DNA of 64,000 nucleotides from the human T2T-CHM13v2.0 reference genome, Homo sapiens, in assembly GCF_009914755.1 (NCBI RefSeq), contig NC_060937.1; one strand, given 5' to 3'. The position numbers and the translations under genes were made by a program. Shown here one piece after another: positions 1-18,582 of this stretch; position 1 is the first letter of the stretch, and each line of letters opens with the position of its first letter. Under the pieces are notes generated by a model, which saw only the letters and a list, made by a program, of their open reading frames with translations, was not told where the DNA came from and did not search any database.

Positions 1-1980
1 TATATTGGGGGTAATATCATCCTCTCCTCTTCTGGATGCTAAAAACAATATAACAGTAGGGGTGTGCATGCCCGGCGATATTGGCAGTAATATCCTCTAC
101 TTCCCTGGATATTTAAAACAATATCACGGGAGATGTGTACATTTCCTGGGATATTATTTTCCTTCCCCTGGATATTAGGAAGACTATCACATGGAGGGTG
201 TATACACCTTTTGTGATATTGGAAGGAATATCATCCACTCCCCTAATTTTTATTAGAAACAATATCACAAGGGGGGTGTACACATCCTGCAATATTGATA
301 GTAATATCATCCTCTCCCCATGTGGATATTACATAAAATATTACAGGGATGTGTAAACCCCCTGCTATATTGAGAGTAGTATCATCATCTCCCACCATGA
401 GTATTGGGAAAAATGTCACAGGGGGGTGTACACCCCTTTCGATATTGGGAATAATATCATCCACTCCCCCCATCAATATTGGAAAAAATATCACCGGGGG
501 GGGGTGTTACACTCCCTGTGATACTGGGAGTAATATCATCCTTTCGCCCCCTGGATATTGGGAACAATATCACAGGGGGTGTGTACATTCCCTGCGCTAT
601 TGGGAGTAATATTATCCTCTCTTCCACCTCGATATTAGGAACAATATCTCACCGGGGGTGTACACCCCCTGCGATATTTGGAGTAGTATCATCCTCTCTC
701 CTTCTGGATATTAGGAACAGTATCTAAGGGGGGTTGCACACCTCCTGTGATATTGGGGGTAATATCGTCCTCCCCTAACCTGGATATTAGGAACAATATT
801 ACAGTGAGTGTGTATACCCCATGTGATACTGGGAGTAATATCATCCTCTCCGGCTTTGAATAGCAGGAACAGTATCACAGGGGGGTGTACACCCCATGCG
901 ATATTGAGAGTAATATCATCCTCTTCCCAACTGGATATTAAAAACAATATCATGGGGGCATATACATTCCCTGTGATATTGGGAGTAATATCATCCTTTC
1001 TTCCCACGGATATTAGGAACAATATCCCAAAGGGGGAGCACACCCCCTGCGATATTGGGAGTAATATTATCCTCACCTCCCCCGGATATTAGGAACATTA
1101 TCACAGCGGGGGTGTACACTTCCTGTGATATTAGGCATAGTATCATCTTCTTCCCACCTGAATATTAAAAACGATATCATAGGGAGAATGTACATGCTCT
1201 TCGATATTGAGAGTAATATAATCCTCTCCTTCCCTAATTATTAGGAACAATATCAAAGGTGGGCGTACACGCCCTGAAATATGGAGAGTAATATCATCCT
1301 CTACCTCCCTGGAAATTAGGAACAATATCACAAGGGCTGTATTTAGAGTAATATTATCATGTCTCCGCCCCTGGATATTCAGAACAATATCACAGGGAAG
1401 GAGTACACTTCCAGTGTTATTGGGAGAAATACCAAATTCTCCCCCATTAAATATTACAAAAATATAACAGGGGGTTTACATCTCCTGCTATATGTAGAGT
1501 AATACCATCCTCTCACTTTCTGGAAATTGGGAACAACATCACAGAAGAGATGTACACCCCCTTCTATACTGGGAGTAATATCCTCTCTCTCCCTGGATAT
1601 TAAGAACAATATCACAGGGAGGATGTAAATCCCCTACGATATTAGGAGAAATATCATCATCTCCCCTCCAGATATTAGGAACTATATCACAAGGGGAGTT
1701 TATGCCCCGTGCAGTACTCGGAGTAATATAATCCTCTCCCTCTTGGATATTAGAAACAATATCACACAGGGGCGTACACCCCCTGCTATATTCAGAGCAA
1801 TATTATGCTCTCTTTCCCTGGATATTAGAAACAATATCATAGGGGGGTGTACACCCCCTGCCATATTGTTAGTAATATCTTCCTCTCCCTTTTTGGATAT
1901 TAGAATCAAAATCACCGGGGCCAGGGGGAGGTGTAAACCCGCTGCGGTATTGGGAGTAATAAATTCCTCTCTCCCACATA
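1..1980. repeat. Diverged tandem satellite, ~76-bp unit (SATR1/SATR2-type), truncated by the window start
   Basis: Recurring unit GGATATTAGGAACAATATCACAGGGGGGTGTACACCCCCTGCGATATTGGGAGTAATATCATCCTCTCCC.., with starts at about 553, 630, 706 and 782 (period ~76). All ORFs at 113-2081 are translations of this repeat. Family name from recalled consensus. Confidence 0.9.
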
Positions 1981-2994
1981 TAACAGAAACTATACCACAG
2001 CCTTTCCTTTTGTCGCCTTTATGCTATCTGATTATTTTTATTTTTTGCTATGAATGGTGTTTTCATTTAATTTATCATTAGGGAGAAGGTAATTCAATTA
2101 AGTTGGGAATCCAGTCTGGTAAAATTTTGTAAAGAACAGGGAGATTAAGTATAAAGAACAATATTGCAATCTTTGAATTCTCTTTTACTTCATTATATTT
2201 TCCTCCTTTACATTTTCCTTATTTTATTTACACCTTTCCTTTTCTCATTCTTGGAGGCATTGGCCTGTACCCTCTTTAGGCTAAGTCAACATGAATCTGA
2301 ATCCAGCCTTCTTCTCTTATTAGTTGTAAGGTTTTAAGAAAACTTGTTACATCTCTTCAGTTAGTACCAAAGTAATGAGGTAATAAAAGTCAAGCAGTTG
2401 CCAGTTTCTAGATCAATAAATTTATACATCATTCATTCACTTCTTGTTTTACTCTATCACATACAGTAGATCAAAATAGCCCTTTACCTTTGTCATAAAC
2501 ACCATTCTTACCATAATTCACAAATATAAATTTTAAACCAAAATAAACTATTTAAAGCCTTGCATGTATAATTAAATTGGAATAGAAACATTGTCTTCCA
2601 CACATTTGGGAATTCCTTGTCCAAATAATTAATATGTCATTAACTTACTATGTATTATTTTTTGAATCATTAGGTTTACTTCTAAATTTCAAGCACAATG
2701 CATATATTTTCCCAGTGTGGGAGGCTGATGAGTTACACTTGCATTCAAAATGGCATTGAGCTCAGAGGTACTTTTTTTGAGAGCCATGGTTAGATTTAGC
2801 GTTTATTTTTAAGCTTTTAATTTTTATAAACACATAATAATTGTGCATATTTAAGGCATACATAAATCACACCTTACATAAGTGGGAAACACTTGAAAAA
2901 AACTTTCCTAAATGGACTTAGGTAGAAATAATAATAATTACGAAAAGCAAAATAAAACAAAGCCCACCTGACAAATTCTATATGATTCTTGAAA

Positions 2995-3092
2995 GGGAGC
3001 ATGCTGTGTAAATTAAGAACATAAACTCTCGAACCAAGCTTTTTGGGACCAAATTCTGGCTTCATCAGTGCTAGCTGTGTATCCTTGGGTCT
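2995..3092 (+). mobile_element. MIR fragment
   Basis: Core-like stretch 'aaattctggcttcatcagtgctagctgtgtatccttggg'. Confidence 0.5.
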
Positions 3093-3168
3093 TAGAGCAG
3101 CCCCTGACACACTGCTCATAACATCATGAAATTTTGTTAGCTACAGCTGTTAAAAAATCAATCAATAG

Positions 3169-7815
<4,647 letters not shown>

Positions 7816-7879
7816 TTAATTGATAGTCAAAGATTTTCATAGATATGTACACATGAACTTCCACAAACGCCAAGGTTGA

Positions 7880-9385
7880 ACGGCTCCCCAAGCAAAATCT
7901 ACCAAATATTCAAATATTTTAAATCTAGCAAATATTTATATCTTTCCAATTTTATATAAATTTTCTCAGAGAGTGGGAAAAAGGCAGTAGTCTTTATCTA
8001 AATTTATAAGAGTAGAATAATCTTGATAGAGAAATCTGATAAGGAAAGTATGAGACAAGAATATTACAAGTCATTCTCACTTATTAACAAAGGTTATACC
8101 AAAATAGTAGATGAATGATTCTAGCATTTTATAAAAAGTATATTTCAGTATGACAGAGTTGGGTTTAATCTCAGGAATGCAACTTTACTTTCATATTAGA
8201 AAATAAATGAACCTATCACTCAAATTTAAAGATAAAATAAGCACAGAGAGCATAATATGTAGCAGAGAAGCAATGAAAGTTTTTTATTTAAATTTCAAAA
8301 TAAGACAAGGATGCTCAGCATCACAAATTGAAATTATAATGCAGGTTCTAGATAGCAAGTGAAAGAAGGAAAGAGGAAAGAGCAGGAGAAAATGGAAAAG
8401 AGAAGAGAAGAAAGGAAAGAACTTCATGATCCACAGATGTTATAATTACGTACATAGAAAAATCCAAGACATTATCTAAAGACCAATTGTAAGTTATAAT
8501 TAATGAGTTAATGAATGTATAAAATAAGTATTCAAAAATCAATTATAATTAAATATATCAGCAAAAAACAGAAGGAAAAATTAAATATCCTATAATCGAA
8601 AATATAAATTACCTAGGAATAAATCAAATAAAAGAAGGACAAGATATCATGGAGTGAATTACAAAACTTTAGAGATACATATTAAAAGTAAACATTAGTA
8701 AATTGAGAACTATTCTATAATCTGTTCGTGGATTAGAGGACTTAATATTATCTACATATAAATATTCCTCAAATGAAACTATAATACAATTCCAAACAAA
8801 ATATTCAACATGGTTTTTGGAACTTGCCAAGCAGATTATAAAATTATTGGATAATATACAGGTCTAAGAATAACAAAGAAAATCTTGAAGAAAGAAGAAT
8901 AACAAGGAAGAGTCTTTCTTTATCATATATGCAGATGTTATGAAGGAATAGTAATTGACAGTGTTTTATTAGTGTAGGATAGAAAAATTACACTCATAGA
9001 ACAGAAAAGAATGCTCATAAACAAAGTGTATTTATGAACAATTGACATGTGACAGAGGTGGCCCTTTAGATCAAACAGGTATTTTGTATTTTTAAAATAA
9101 ATATTGCTGAAACGGTTGTTTATCTAAAGTCAATCTAGTTCAATTAAAGACCCAAATGTGAAAAGAAAAACTACAAAGCTGACAGAAGATTATAATAGAA
9201 ATTACTTCATAATCTTGTGGCAGGGAAAGAGAGAAAGATTTTTTAAGCCTGATGCAAAAGGCACTAATAAAGAAAAATATATCTAAGCCAAATTTGACAA
9301 CACTTAAAATCCAGGTCTTCCATTATTCAAAAGATACCACAAAGAGAATGAAAAGACATATTTGCAAAATAAAAAAAATCAATGA
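7880..9385 (+). mobile_element. Highly decayed ancient L1 (L1M/L1ME) ORF2 fragment
   Basis: L1 ORF2 landmarks in order: 'gggtttaatctcaggaatgcaa', 'aataagacaaggatgc', 'acctaggaataaat', 'aacagaaaagaa', 'aaagacccaaatgtgaaa'. Confidence 0.65.
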
Positions 9386-9627
9386 AAGGCCTCTGCTTTT
9401 AGCAAAAATAAGAAAAAAAGAACATAAGTTAGGCTACAATGGTTTTCTTATATGGTTGAGGTCAGTGATTCCTGAATGAAGGGAAAAAATGCTGTGGGGC
9501 TTACAATTTCCTCGTTGTTTGCCCAGATTTTCTGGGATGCAGTGTAGAGATGGTGAATTCAAACAAAGTGTGGTGGATTCCTTGAGTTGAGAACATGAAG
9601 CTAGGTGTATGGGAGGCCAAATGCACT

Positions 9628-10181
9628 TGTATTTCATTACTGTACAACAAATTACCGCAAACTCAGTGGCTAAGATAATACCTATTTATTATATCACTGT
9701 TTCTGTGGGTCAGAAATTCGGGCATAGCTTATCTTGGTCCTTGCTCAAGGTCTTATACATGACAGCAATCAAGGTGTCAGCAGGGCTGCATTCTCATCCA
9801 GAGGCTCACCTAGAGAAAGATCTGCTTCTGGACTCATTCAGGTTTTTTGCATAATTCATCTCCCTGTGGAAAATTATCAGCTATTGGCTAGAGTCTATCC
9901 TCAGGTCCTAAAGTCAGCCCGAATTTCCTGGCAGGTGGCACTCTGTATAGGCAGTTAACAACACGGCTGTTAGCTTCCTCAAGGCCAGCAAGCAGGAGAA
10001 TCTCTCCTGTCTGCCCAACTGGAGTTGTATATAACATAACTTAATCCAGGGAGTGAAATTCCGTTGTTTTTAGCATATTCTATTGGTTAGAAGCATGTCA
10101 CAGGGTCTGCCAGTACCCTAGAGGAGGGGATTATACAAACATGTAACTCGTTAGGAATCACTTTGGAATGCGTCTGTCACA
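9628..10181 (-). mobile_element. MLT1-family MaLR solo LTR (MLT1E/F-like)
   Basis: 'acaaattaccgcaaactcagtggct..ctgtgggtcagaaattcgggca..gcaatcaaggtgtcagcagggctgc' matches the reverse complement of the MLT1 consensus. Confidence 0.75.
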
Positions 10182-10199
10182 ACAAGGTAGTTAGAATTT

Positions 10200-10745
10200 T
10201 CCAGAAAAAGTACAAGGAAGAGAAAGCTGTACAGAGAGAAGAGAGTTGTATAGAATGACAGCTCTGGGGGTCAAAAATGGGTTCTTTAGCTAGTTATTGG
10301 TCAGCACTTGCATGAGAAGATGCTACTTGGGACCAAGGGAAAAAGTACCTAAAAGGAAAAGACAGTCCAATCCCCAGAACTAAGACAGGATAAGCCATAG
10401 TATACCCATAAACCAGAAAAAACTCCTGATGAATGAAGTACTGGGGAGAGTGCTCAGAGGGCCCTGCCTCAGTAGAGAGAAAATTAGTCCTAACTTAAAG
10501 GCTGTTCTGATAGTCTTTAATAAATCTTAAAATAAAATATTTAAAAGATCAACTATCTTCAATAACTATCACAGAACAAAGCCCCAAAACATTTGAAGGA
10601 ATTGCAAAGAAAAAAATCTAGCTCCTAACATGATAAAATTCACTGTCTGGCATCCAATAAAAAATTACCAAGAATTCAAAGAAACATGAAAATATAATAC
10701 ACAATGAGGAGAAAAATGAATCAATAGAAACAGACCCAGAAATAT
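10200..10745 (+). mobile_element. Old L1 (L1MC/MD-like) 5'/ORF1-start fragment
   Basis: 'aaaattcactgtctggcatccaataaaaaattacca..aatcaatagaaacagacccagaaat'. Confidence 0.55.
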
Positions 10746-10797
10746 TCAATGCCCATTTCTAGTAAAAAGATTAAATACATTTTGGAATACTAAGTAG

Positions 10798-12187
10798 CAA
10801 TGGTTTTTCAAAGTGCTGTCATGTATCCCTGACAGTCCTTGGGGCACTTTCAGAGGGTCTGTAGAGTCAAAATTATTTCGATAATAATAAGACACATTTT
10901 GCTTTTTACGTTGCATTAACATTTGCAATGATTATGCAAAGTGATAGCAAATGAAGCCTTCGTGTCCTAACACAAATCCCAGCAGTGGCATCAAACTGTA
11001 CTACTGCTCATTGTGTTCTTCACTGCAGTCACAGGAGAAAAAAAAGTTTCAATTAAGAATCTCCTCAAATGAGCAGTAACAATATTAAATGTCATTGAAT
11101 CTCACTCCATGAATACATGTTTTTAATATTCTGTGGAAAGAGAAGAGAGTTTATAAAGCATTTCTGCCAGATACTAAAATATGATGGTTTTTACCAGGGC
11201 ACAACACCTTTTTTTTTTTTTTAACGTGCAAATGAATCAGCTGCTTTTTCCATTTCTACTTGAAAAAAATAACTGATAAGCAAATTATGGATATTCTAAG
11301 TATTTCATACTTGTCTTAAAAATAACAAAATAACCCCATCACTTCAAGAAAAACAACTTCCCCTATTTATTGCTAATGATAAAATTTGAACCCATAATGT
11401 TATAATTTCAAGGAACTTTTACCCACCAGTTGGAGTTTGACTGCTTTCTATTATTTAAAGGCTTTTTCTGATGAGATTCCTGATGATACTGACAAATCAA
11501 TTTTTTGATATTATTTAATGAAATGTATTGACATTTAAAAGATCTTCATAATTCTGATAACTTGATTTTCCAAATGACCAATGAATAATGTTTCAGAATG
11601 ATAGATAGGTAAAGATTGATTCAAAGTTGCAGATAGACAAGTGGATTTTAAACTAACAGAATATAAAGTTCACTGATATAGTTTCAAGTTTACATTGCAA
11701 CTTAACTTTGAAAAACAACCATGTTTTGAGTTTTGTGCAGTGTCAAAAATAAGGTATACACTTTATTAAGATTCTGATGTCTTCTACTTAAGTATCTGTG
11801 TGATGCTGGTTTTTATTTATATTTTTTGTATACTTCTTTGTACCTATTGCAACAGATTAAATGGAGAAGAAAATATTAGAATCCAGCTATCTCTTTTTGT
11901 CAGATATTAAAGAGATGAAAATATATGAAACAATGCTACTCTTGTCACTGAATTTTTCAAATGGCAATAATTTTTTAAAAAATTATGTGATTTGCATTGC
12001 CATGTAATAAGATTTTTGTAATAAGCTTACATAAATTATTATAATAAACATAAAATTTACAAAATATTTTTTATTTCTAATTTAATAAATGTTTATAGAT
12101 ACAACACATAAACCAATACTTTTTGTGGTTCTCAATAATTTTTAGAGTGTGAAAAGAACATGCAGTTAACAAGTCTGATTACTCCTG
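10798..12187 (+). mobile_element. Charlie1a-like hAT DNA transposon (non-autonomous, near full length)
   Basis: Starts CAATGGTTTTTCAAAGTG..TTTCAGAGGGTCTG..GTCAAAATTATTT; internal 'gcagtggcatcaaactgtactac'; ends 'ctcaataatttttagagtgtgaaa..ctcctg'. Confidence 0.8.
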
Positions 12188-12189
12188 TT

Positions 12190-12560
12190 ATACAGTAGTA
12201 AAAATAAATGAGCTACAAGCTACACACAACAATCCACATGCATCTCATAATCACTATGATTAAGAAGTAAGTTGCTTATAAATACAAACCATATATTTCC
12301 CTTATCTATCAGAGATATGGCCTATGCAGTTTAGAAGTCATGTATAATTGGTACAATAAAAAATAATTCTAAGGATATTATATTCACAAAATCAGGGTAT
12401 TGGTTATCTCCAAGAAGAGAAGGAGTAGGTAATTAGGGAGGAATACACATGGAAATCAGGCAGTGTTCCATCACTTTATCACTTTGTAATTATGCCTAAA
12501 ATTGCTCACATATATCTTTTGCACTGTTCTAGAGGTATATTTCACAATTAAAAAGGGTAA
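12190..12560 (+). mobile_element. L1ME-like 3' end fragment
   Basis: 'agtaaaaataaatgagctaca..acaacaatccacatgcatctcataa'. Confidence 0.5.
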
Positions 12561-12913
12561 CAAATAAATCAGTTATGGAAAATATTTAAATTGAAAGAAA
12601 ATAAACATAGTACAGCAAATGTCAGGTAGATAAAAAAAAAATTACCCATAAGGAAAAACAATCTTTTTTAACCTAACAAAAAAAGCATAAATTTTACATT
12701 TGAATGATAAACTTATAATTCAGTACTGCACAAATCTAAATTTTATTTTCTTCTTCATCTAGTTTATTGCACAGCATATCATTTTATTTACATTCTCCTA
12801 TATTCTCAACATCCTGGATCCTTCAATATTTCATTTCCTCTGTATGACAATACTTTAGTCCTGAACAATCCCCAACTGTCCAAGTTCTTACAAGTTCTTA
12901 TGCCTTCACTTAG

Positions 12914-13267
12914 TGTATTAGTCCATTTTCACGCTGCTGATAAAGACATACCTGAAACTGGGAGCAAAAAGAGATTTAATTGGACTTACAATTCCACAGG
13001 GCTGGGAAGGCCTCAGAATCATGGCAGAAGACAAAAGGCAGTTCTTACACGGCGGTGGCAAGAGAAACATGAGGAAGAAGCAAAAGCGGAAACCCCTGAT
13101 AAACCTGTCAGATCTTTTGAGACTTATTCACCATAATGAGAATAGCACAGGAAGGACCAGACCCCATGATTCAATTACCTCCGGCTAGGTCCCTCCCACA
13201 ATACGTGGAAATTCTGAGAGTACAATTCAACATGAGATTTGGGTGGAGACATAGACAAACCATATCA
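12914..13267 (-). mobile_element. THE1C-like MaLR solo LTR
   Basis: Runs from TGTATTAGTCCATTTTCACGCTGCTGATAAAGAC to AAACCATATCA; perfect 5-bp TSD CTTAG on both sides. Confidence 0.92.
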
Positions 13268-13853
13268 CTTAGACAATCAAGAAATTCTGGAGAAATTACC
13301 ACTGATGCTAATGATATCTTGACTCCTATAATATTTACCAACTTCAAATGCACTTGAATATCCTAACCATTATTATATTTCTATTTGCAACTTATTCTCA
13401 CCCTCCCACAAGAGCTAGTTCAAAGCTTCTCTTCATTCCTTAATCTCCACCCACCTGAAGCCTTCTACAATCAACTGATGGCATTCCTATTAATAGTAAT
13501 GATGATAATAAAAAAGAAATTGTAAAGGAACAACCTCATCTTCCAGATATCAAACAACTTGCATCTATTTAAACACATTACATTGTTGTTTTGTATTACA
13601 GTGCGAAGTTATTCCTCTTTCATTTAAGACCATTTTCTCCACATGGTTTTGTGGGATCTCCTCTGCATTTGTACCAATAGTTGTTTAATAATAAATATAA
13701 AGGCAAAATAATCCCAAATGCTGACACTTTGCAAATACATGTACTGAACTAATCTTTGTAATAATGTGTAAATATTTTGAAATATTCAGTTGGAAACATA
13801 TAAATATATACTTCATACATTTCAAAACTGAGGCTGTTTAGTCACTACAGAGC

Positions 13854-13874
13854 AAAAAAAAAAAAAAAAAAAAA
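13854..13874 (+). repeat. Poly(A)21 tract
   Basis: Direct reading. Confidence 0.9.
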
Positions 13875-15029
13875 GAACCCAGTAAAGATATACATGGCAT
13901 TTTTTATTGTTAAGATCCAGTAGTATACAGGCAGCACACAAACATAAAGCAATACATGGCTTGGAAACATAATGAGAAATAAGATATTTTCAATGATGAT
14001 ATATCTTAATTATGTGAATTACAATTATACTTAGATAAAATTAAATAAAATGGTTACATAACTCATCTTTAATATATATCTTGACTTTTACTTTAATGTA
14101 ACAAAAAGGATAAATATGTTCTTTACTGACATGGATATTAGTGAATTCAGGAATAAAAGATATATAGTAAAATATTAATAAACATTCAGGATAATGTTAA
14201 AATTGTCACTCCATTGATACTGAAGCTAAGATTATTTTTAAAGTACTTTAAAATTAGTATTTTAACAACAAATCTATTATTTAGTTTTCAGCTATATAAC
14301 TATGACTGGAAACATATGACATTCTACTACTTTATCTTATCAGCACTTTAAATGATACATTATATATTAAACAAAAATCCCATTCTATTTATTTAAGATA
14401 TAAAAGAAGCTAAACCATTTTATAATTGTCTAATTGTTCTTTCCTGATAATCTTGAGGCCAAAAAGGCTTAAAATTTTATTTCATTTCTTTCACATCAAG
14501 TAATTTCAAACTCCATTATTACAAAATGGACTGCTTACTTTTGCTTTTACTGATAATGTCTTTGAGATTTAAGATGATTTTTCTGTATAATCTCTACTAG
14601 TTAACAGAGCATCTTTAAAGCTAAATTACAAAACAAAGTCATAAAACATCCTGCTTTGTATTATAAAGGAGGGCATTGGATTACCTCTCAGATATTCATT
14701 TTTGATATTTTTCTATGGAGCATGAAAACTGCATCTAAACACTTATTGATTACTATTATTATATTCAATTTGCCCATAGACTCAAGTTTATTCATGCATG
14801 TTTAATTGACTTGCCACCCTGAAGTAGAAAGAACTTGTTTTAGGACTTAGGAATCAATACGAAAATTAAAAATGAATTATAGAAAATTACAAAGCAAATA
14901 ACAACAGTCAATACTTTCATCAATGGGAATTTGCCACTGTTTACTTCTTGGCATATTTGCTTTGAGTGCTTCCTTTCTGTTTCTCTCTCTGTTTCTCTTT
15001 TTCATACTTTCTCACTGTCTATTTTTTTA

Positions 15030-18000
15030 AAGTTTTTTTCTTAATTTCAATTTTTATTTTAGATATAGGGGGTACACATGCAGGTTTGTAACATGGGTAT
15101 ACTGCTCCTGAGTGGTGAGCCTAGTACCCAGTAGGTAGTTTCTTAATCCACGCTCCCCTTTCTCTCACCTCCCTCTAGTAGTCTGCAGTGTCTAGTGTTC
15201 TCATGTTTATGTCCATGAACGCTTAATGTGTAGCTCCCACTTAAGTGAGGACATGCATTATTTGGTTTTCTGCTCCTGCGTTAACTCACTTAGGATTATG
15301 ACATCCAGCTCCAACCATGTTGCTGCAAAGGACATGATTTTATTCTTTTGTATGGCTGCATAGTATTCCATGGTATATATGTACCACATTTTCTTTATCC
15401 AATCAACCATTAATAGGCACCTAGGTGAATTCCATGTATTTGCTCTTAGGTATAGCGCAGTGATGAACATATGAATGCATGTGTCTTTTTGGTGTAATAA
15501 TCTATTTTTCTTTGGATATATGCGCAGTAATGGGATTGCTGGGTTGAATGGTTGCCTTGTTTCAAGTTCTTTTAGAAATCTCCAAACTGCTTTCCACTGT
15601 GACTGAACTAATTTACCTTCCCATAAACAGTATATAAGCATTCCCTTTTCTTTTCAGCCATGCCAGCATCTGTTGTTTTTTGAATTTTTAATAATACACA
15701 TTCTGACTGGTGTGAGATGGTACCTAATTGTGATTATAATTTTCATTCCTCTGATGATTAGAGATAATGAGCATTTGTTCAAATGTTTGTTGGACACTTG
15801 TATGTCTTCTGAGAAGTGTCTATTTTTGTGTTTCATCCACTTTTTAATGGGGTTGTTTGTTTTTGCTATTGATTTGTTTAAATTCCTTATACATTCTTGT
15901 TATTAGACCTTTGTCAGATGCATAGTTTGTTAATATTTTCTCTCATTCTGTCCATTTACTCTGTTGATAGTTTCCTTTGCTGTGCAAAAACTCTTTAGAT
16001 TAATCAGGCCCCACTTATTAATTTCTGTTTTTGTTGCAATTGCTTTTGAGGACTTAGGCCAAATCTTTGCCAAGGCCAATGTTGCGAAGGGTATTTCTTA
16101 GGTTTTCTTCTAGGATTTTTATAGTTTAAGGTTTTACATTTAAGTCTTTAATCCATTTTTACATAATTTTTGCATATAGTGAAAAAAGAGACTGTCCAGT
16201 TTCATTCTTCTGCATATGACTAGCCAGTTATCCCAGCACTATTTATTGAAGAGGGAGTCCTTTCCTGGTTGCTTGTGTCATGTTTAGCACTCTTATAAGG
16301 CTGGTCTGGTGGTAACAAATTCCCTTAGTGTTTGCTTGTGTGAGAAGGATTTTATTTATCTTTCACGGCTTAGGAACTTAGTTTGGAGAGAGATGAAATT
16401 GATGGTTGGAATTTATTTTGAGGATGTCAAAATTAGGCCCCAAATTTCTTCTGGCTCATAAAGTTTCTGCTGAGATGCCTGCTGCTAGCCTGATGGGGCC
16501 CCCTTTATAACTGACCTGGCCTTTTTCTCTAACCTGCCTTTAAGAATTTTTTTTTTTTTTTTTTTTTTTTGCAATAACCTTGGTGAATCTGATGACTATG
16601 TGCCCTGGAGATGGTCATCTTGTATAGTATCTCACAGGAGTTATTTGTATTTCTTGAATTTGCATGCCCACCTCTCTAGCAAGATCAAATAATTTTTCAT
16701 AGACTATATCCTCGAATATGTTCTTCAAGTTGCTTACTCTCTCCCCTTTCTATATCAGGAATGCCAATGATTCATAGATTTTGTCTCTTTACATAATCTC
16801 ATATTTATCAACGGTTTGTTTATTTTTTAAAATTATTTTTTTCTTTATTTTTGTCTGACTGAGTTGATTCAAAGAATCAGTCATTGAGCTCTGAGATTCT
16901 TTCCTCAGCTTGGTCTATTGTCCTGTTAATTCTTCCAACTGCGTTACGAAATTATTATAGAAAATTCAATTCCAGAAGTTCAGTCTGATTCTTTCTTAAA
17001 ACAGTTCTTTTGACTATCAGCTCTTGGATCATTTTACTGGATTCCTTGGATTCCATGGATTGGGTTTCAAGTTTCTCCTGAATCTCAATGAGCTACCTTG
17101 TCATCCAGATTCTGCATTCTATTTTTTGTCATTTCAGCCATTTCAATGGGTTAGAAACCATTGTTCTGGGACTAGTGTGTTTGTTTGGAGGTAAGAAGAC
17201 ACTAGCTTTTGAATTGCCAGAATTCTTGCACTGATTTTTCTCATCTGAGAGGGCTTTTGTTTTATTAACTGTGACACAAAATGAGTATAATCAGCTCGCT
17301 TCATTTCTGGGTGCTTTCAGAGGTCTAAGGCTCTGTACAGGATCTTTATTCGTGAACAAATTTTTGCCTTAGGTTTCAGGCACTGTATACTGGCAAAATA
17401 TTTTTGGTGTTGTAATTTGGTCTGGTATCCAGTAAATGGCACTTAAGAGTGATGGCTGGCAGATAGGCTCTTATTCAGCCATGTGGCTCTTTTGTATTTC
17501 TGTAGTATGCTCTGTGGTGTGAGGCAGAGAGGGAGAATTCCCTCATTAGGTCTGTTCCAGGGCCTTGGAGGAACCCCTGCCCATCACTGGCACCATGCCT
17601 ACATTTCCTTTGTTAGGTGCTTCATGACATGGGGTACCCTCAGACAGAGGCCACAGCTAGCGGACAGGGCATACTCTTTTTAAACTGGTTCTGCAGAAGG
17701 AGGCATGGCCCTCTCCCCTGTCAGTTCATGAACCCAGGCGTCTCATCCCATTCAGTGTTCTGGGTGTAGGAGCCCCTCCCCTCCTTGGGTGCTGCCCAAG
17801 CCAGAGAGTCTTTCCTGGCTATGGAGTTACCCCATGCACTGTCTGGGTGTTTCCTGGAGGAACACAGGGCTGTGTTCCCCAGCAGAGTTCAGGCAGGAGA
17901 GCGGCTGCTGTGCTGGAAGCCCGAGGTGGCAGGTCCCACCTGGCTAGTAGCCGTGGGGTTGGGAGGAATTGCCCAGTCTACTTTCTGGATTTTTTCCAGG

Positions 18001-18580
18001 GGAACACAGAACTGTGCCCATTGGCAGAGTTCAGGCAGTAGAGTGGCTGCTGCACTGGAAGCAGGAGAAGAGCCTTGTTGGGCAGGGAGGAGTGGAGCAG
18101 TCTGACTGCTCCTCCAGCACTGTGACTGCCTCTATTGGTATTATGGCAGCTGGCCCTGGGCTGCCGAGGAGTCTAAGGCCTGTGGGGCCCCCTGTGGTCT
18201 TGAGTGATACCTCTTCAGAAACTCTGGGCAGATCTCTGTATTGGTCTAGAGGCCTGCTGGGGTTGTGAAAGAGGATTCTTTCATTCTCAGTATTGCACAG
18301 GTCCCTGTGGGAAATGTGGATTCCCTGGGGGCTCTTACTCTCTCACCCTTTCCACATGTTGGGGAGCTTCTCCTAGCTCTGTACCAGTCCTGAGTGGGCA
18401 CCTGCCCTGCTTTACTCTTCTCTGTCACCCATGTATTCTCTTGCCCCCTTGATGTGTCCTGATGTGGTTTATTAAACGATTCACCATAAAACTTAGTATT
18501 TGCTCAGCACTTTGTTTCCTTTCCATGACAGCAGTCCACATGAGCTGCTTTTAGTTAACCATTTCGAATCTGTCTCCCCT
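15030..18580 (-). mobile_element. Primate L1 (L1PA13-16/L1PB-like) with both ends but a ~2.9-kb internal deletion
   Basis: 3'UTR and T-tract at ~15030. ORF2 C-terminal peptides at 15258-15836 ([19 protein letters not shown]). Jump to ORF1 at ~16277. GC-richer 5'UTR at ~17400-18570, ending in the reverse complement of 'aaatggttaactaaaagcagct'. Confidence 0.85.
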
Positions 18581-18582
18581 CC

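Noticed and set aside
113-2081. Repetitive ORFs, or a CRISPR-like array, in the first 2 kb
   Set aside because: Units are contiguous diverged satellite monomers with no unique spacers and no cas genes; the ORFs are translations of the repeat.
17483-18452. Cluster of GC-rich ORFs suggesting exons or a promoter
   Set aside because: Explained by the minus-strand L1 5'UTR; CpG-depleted.
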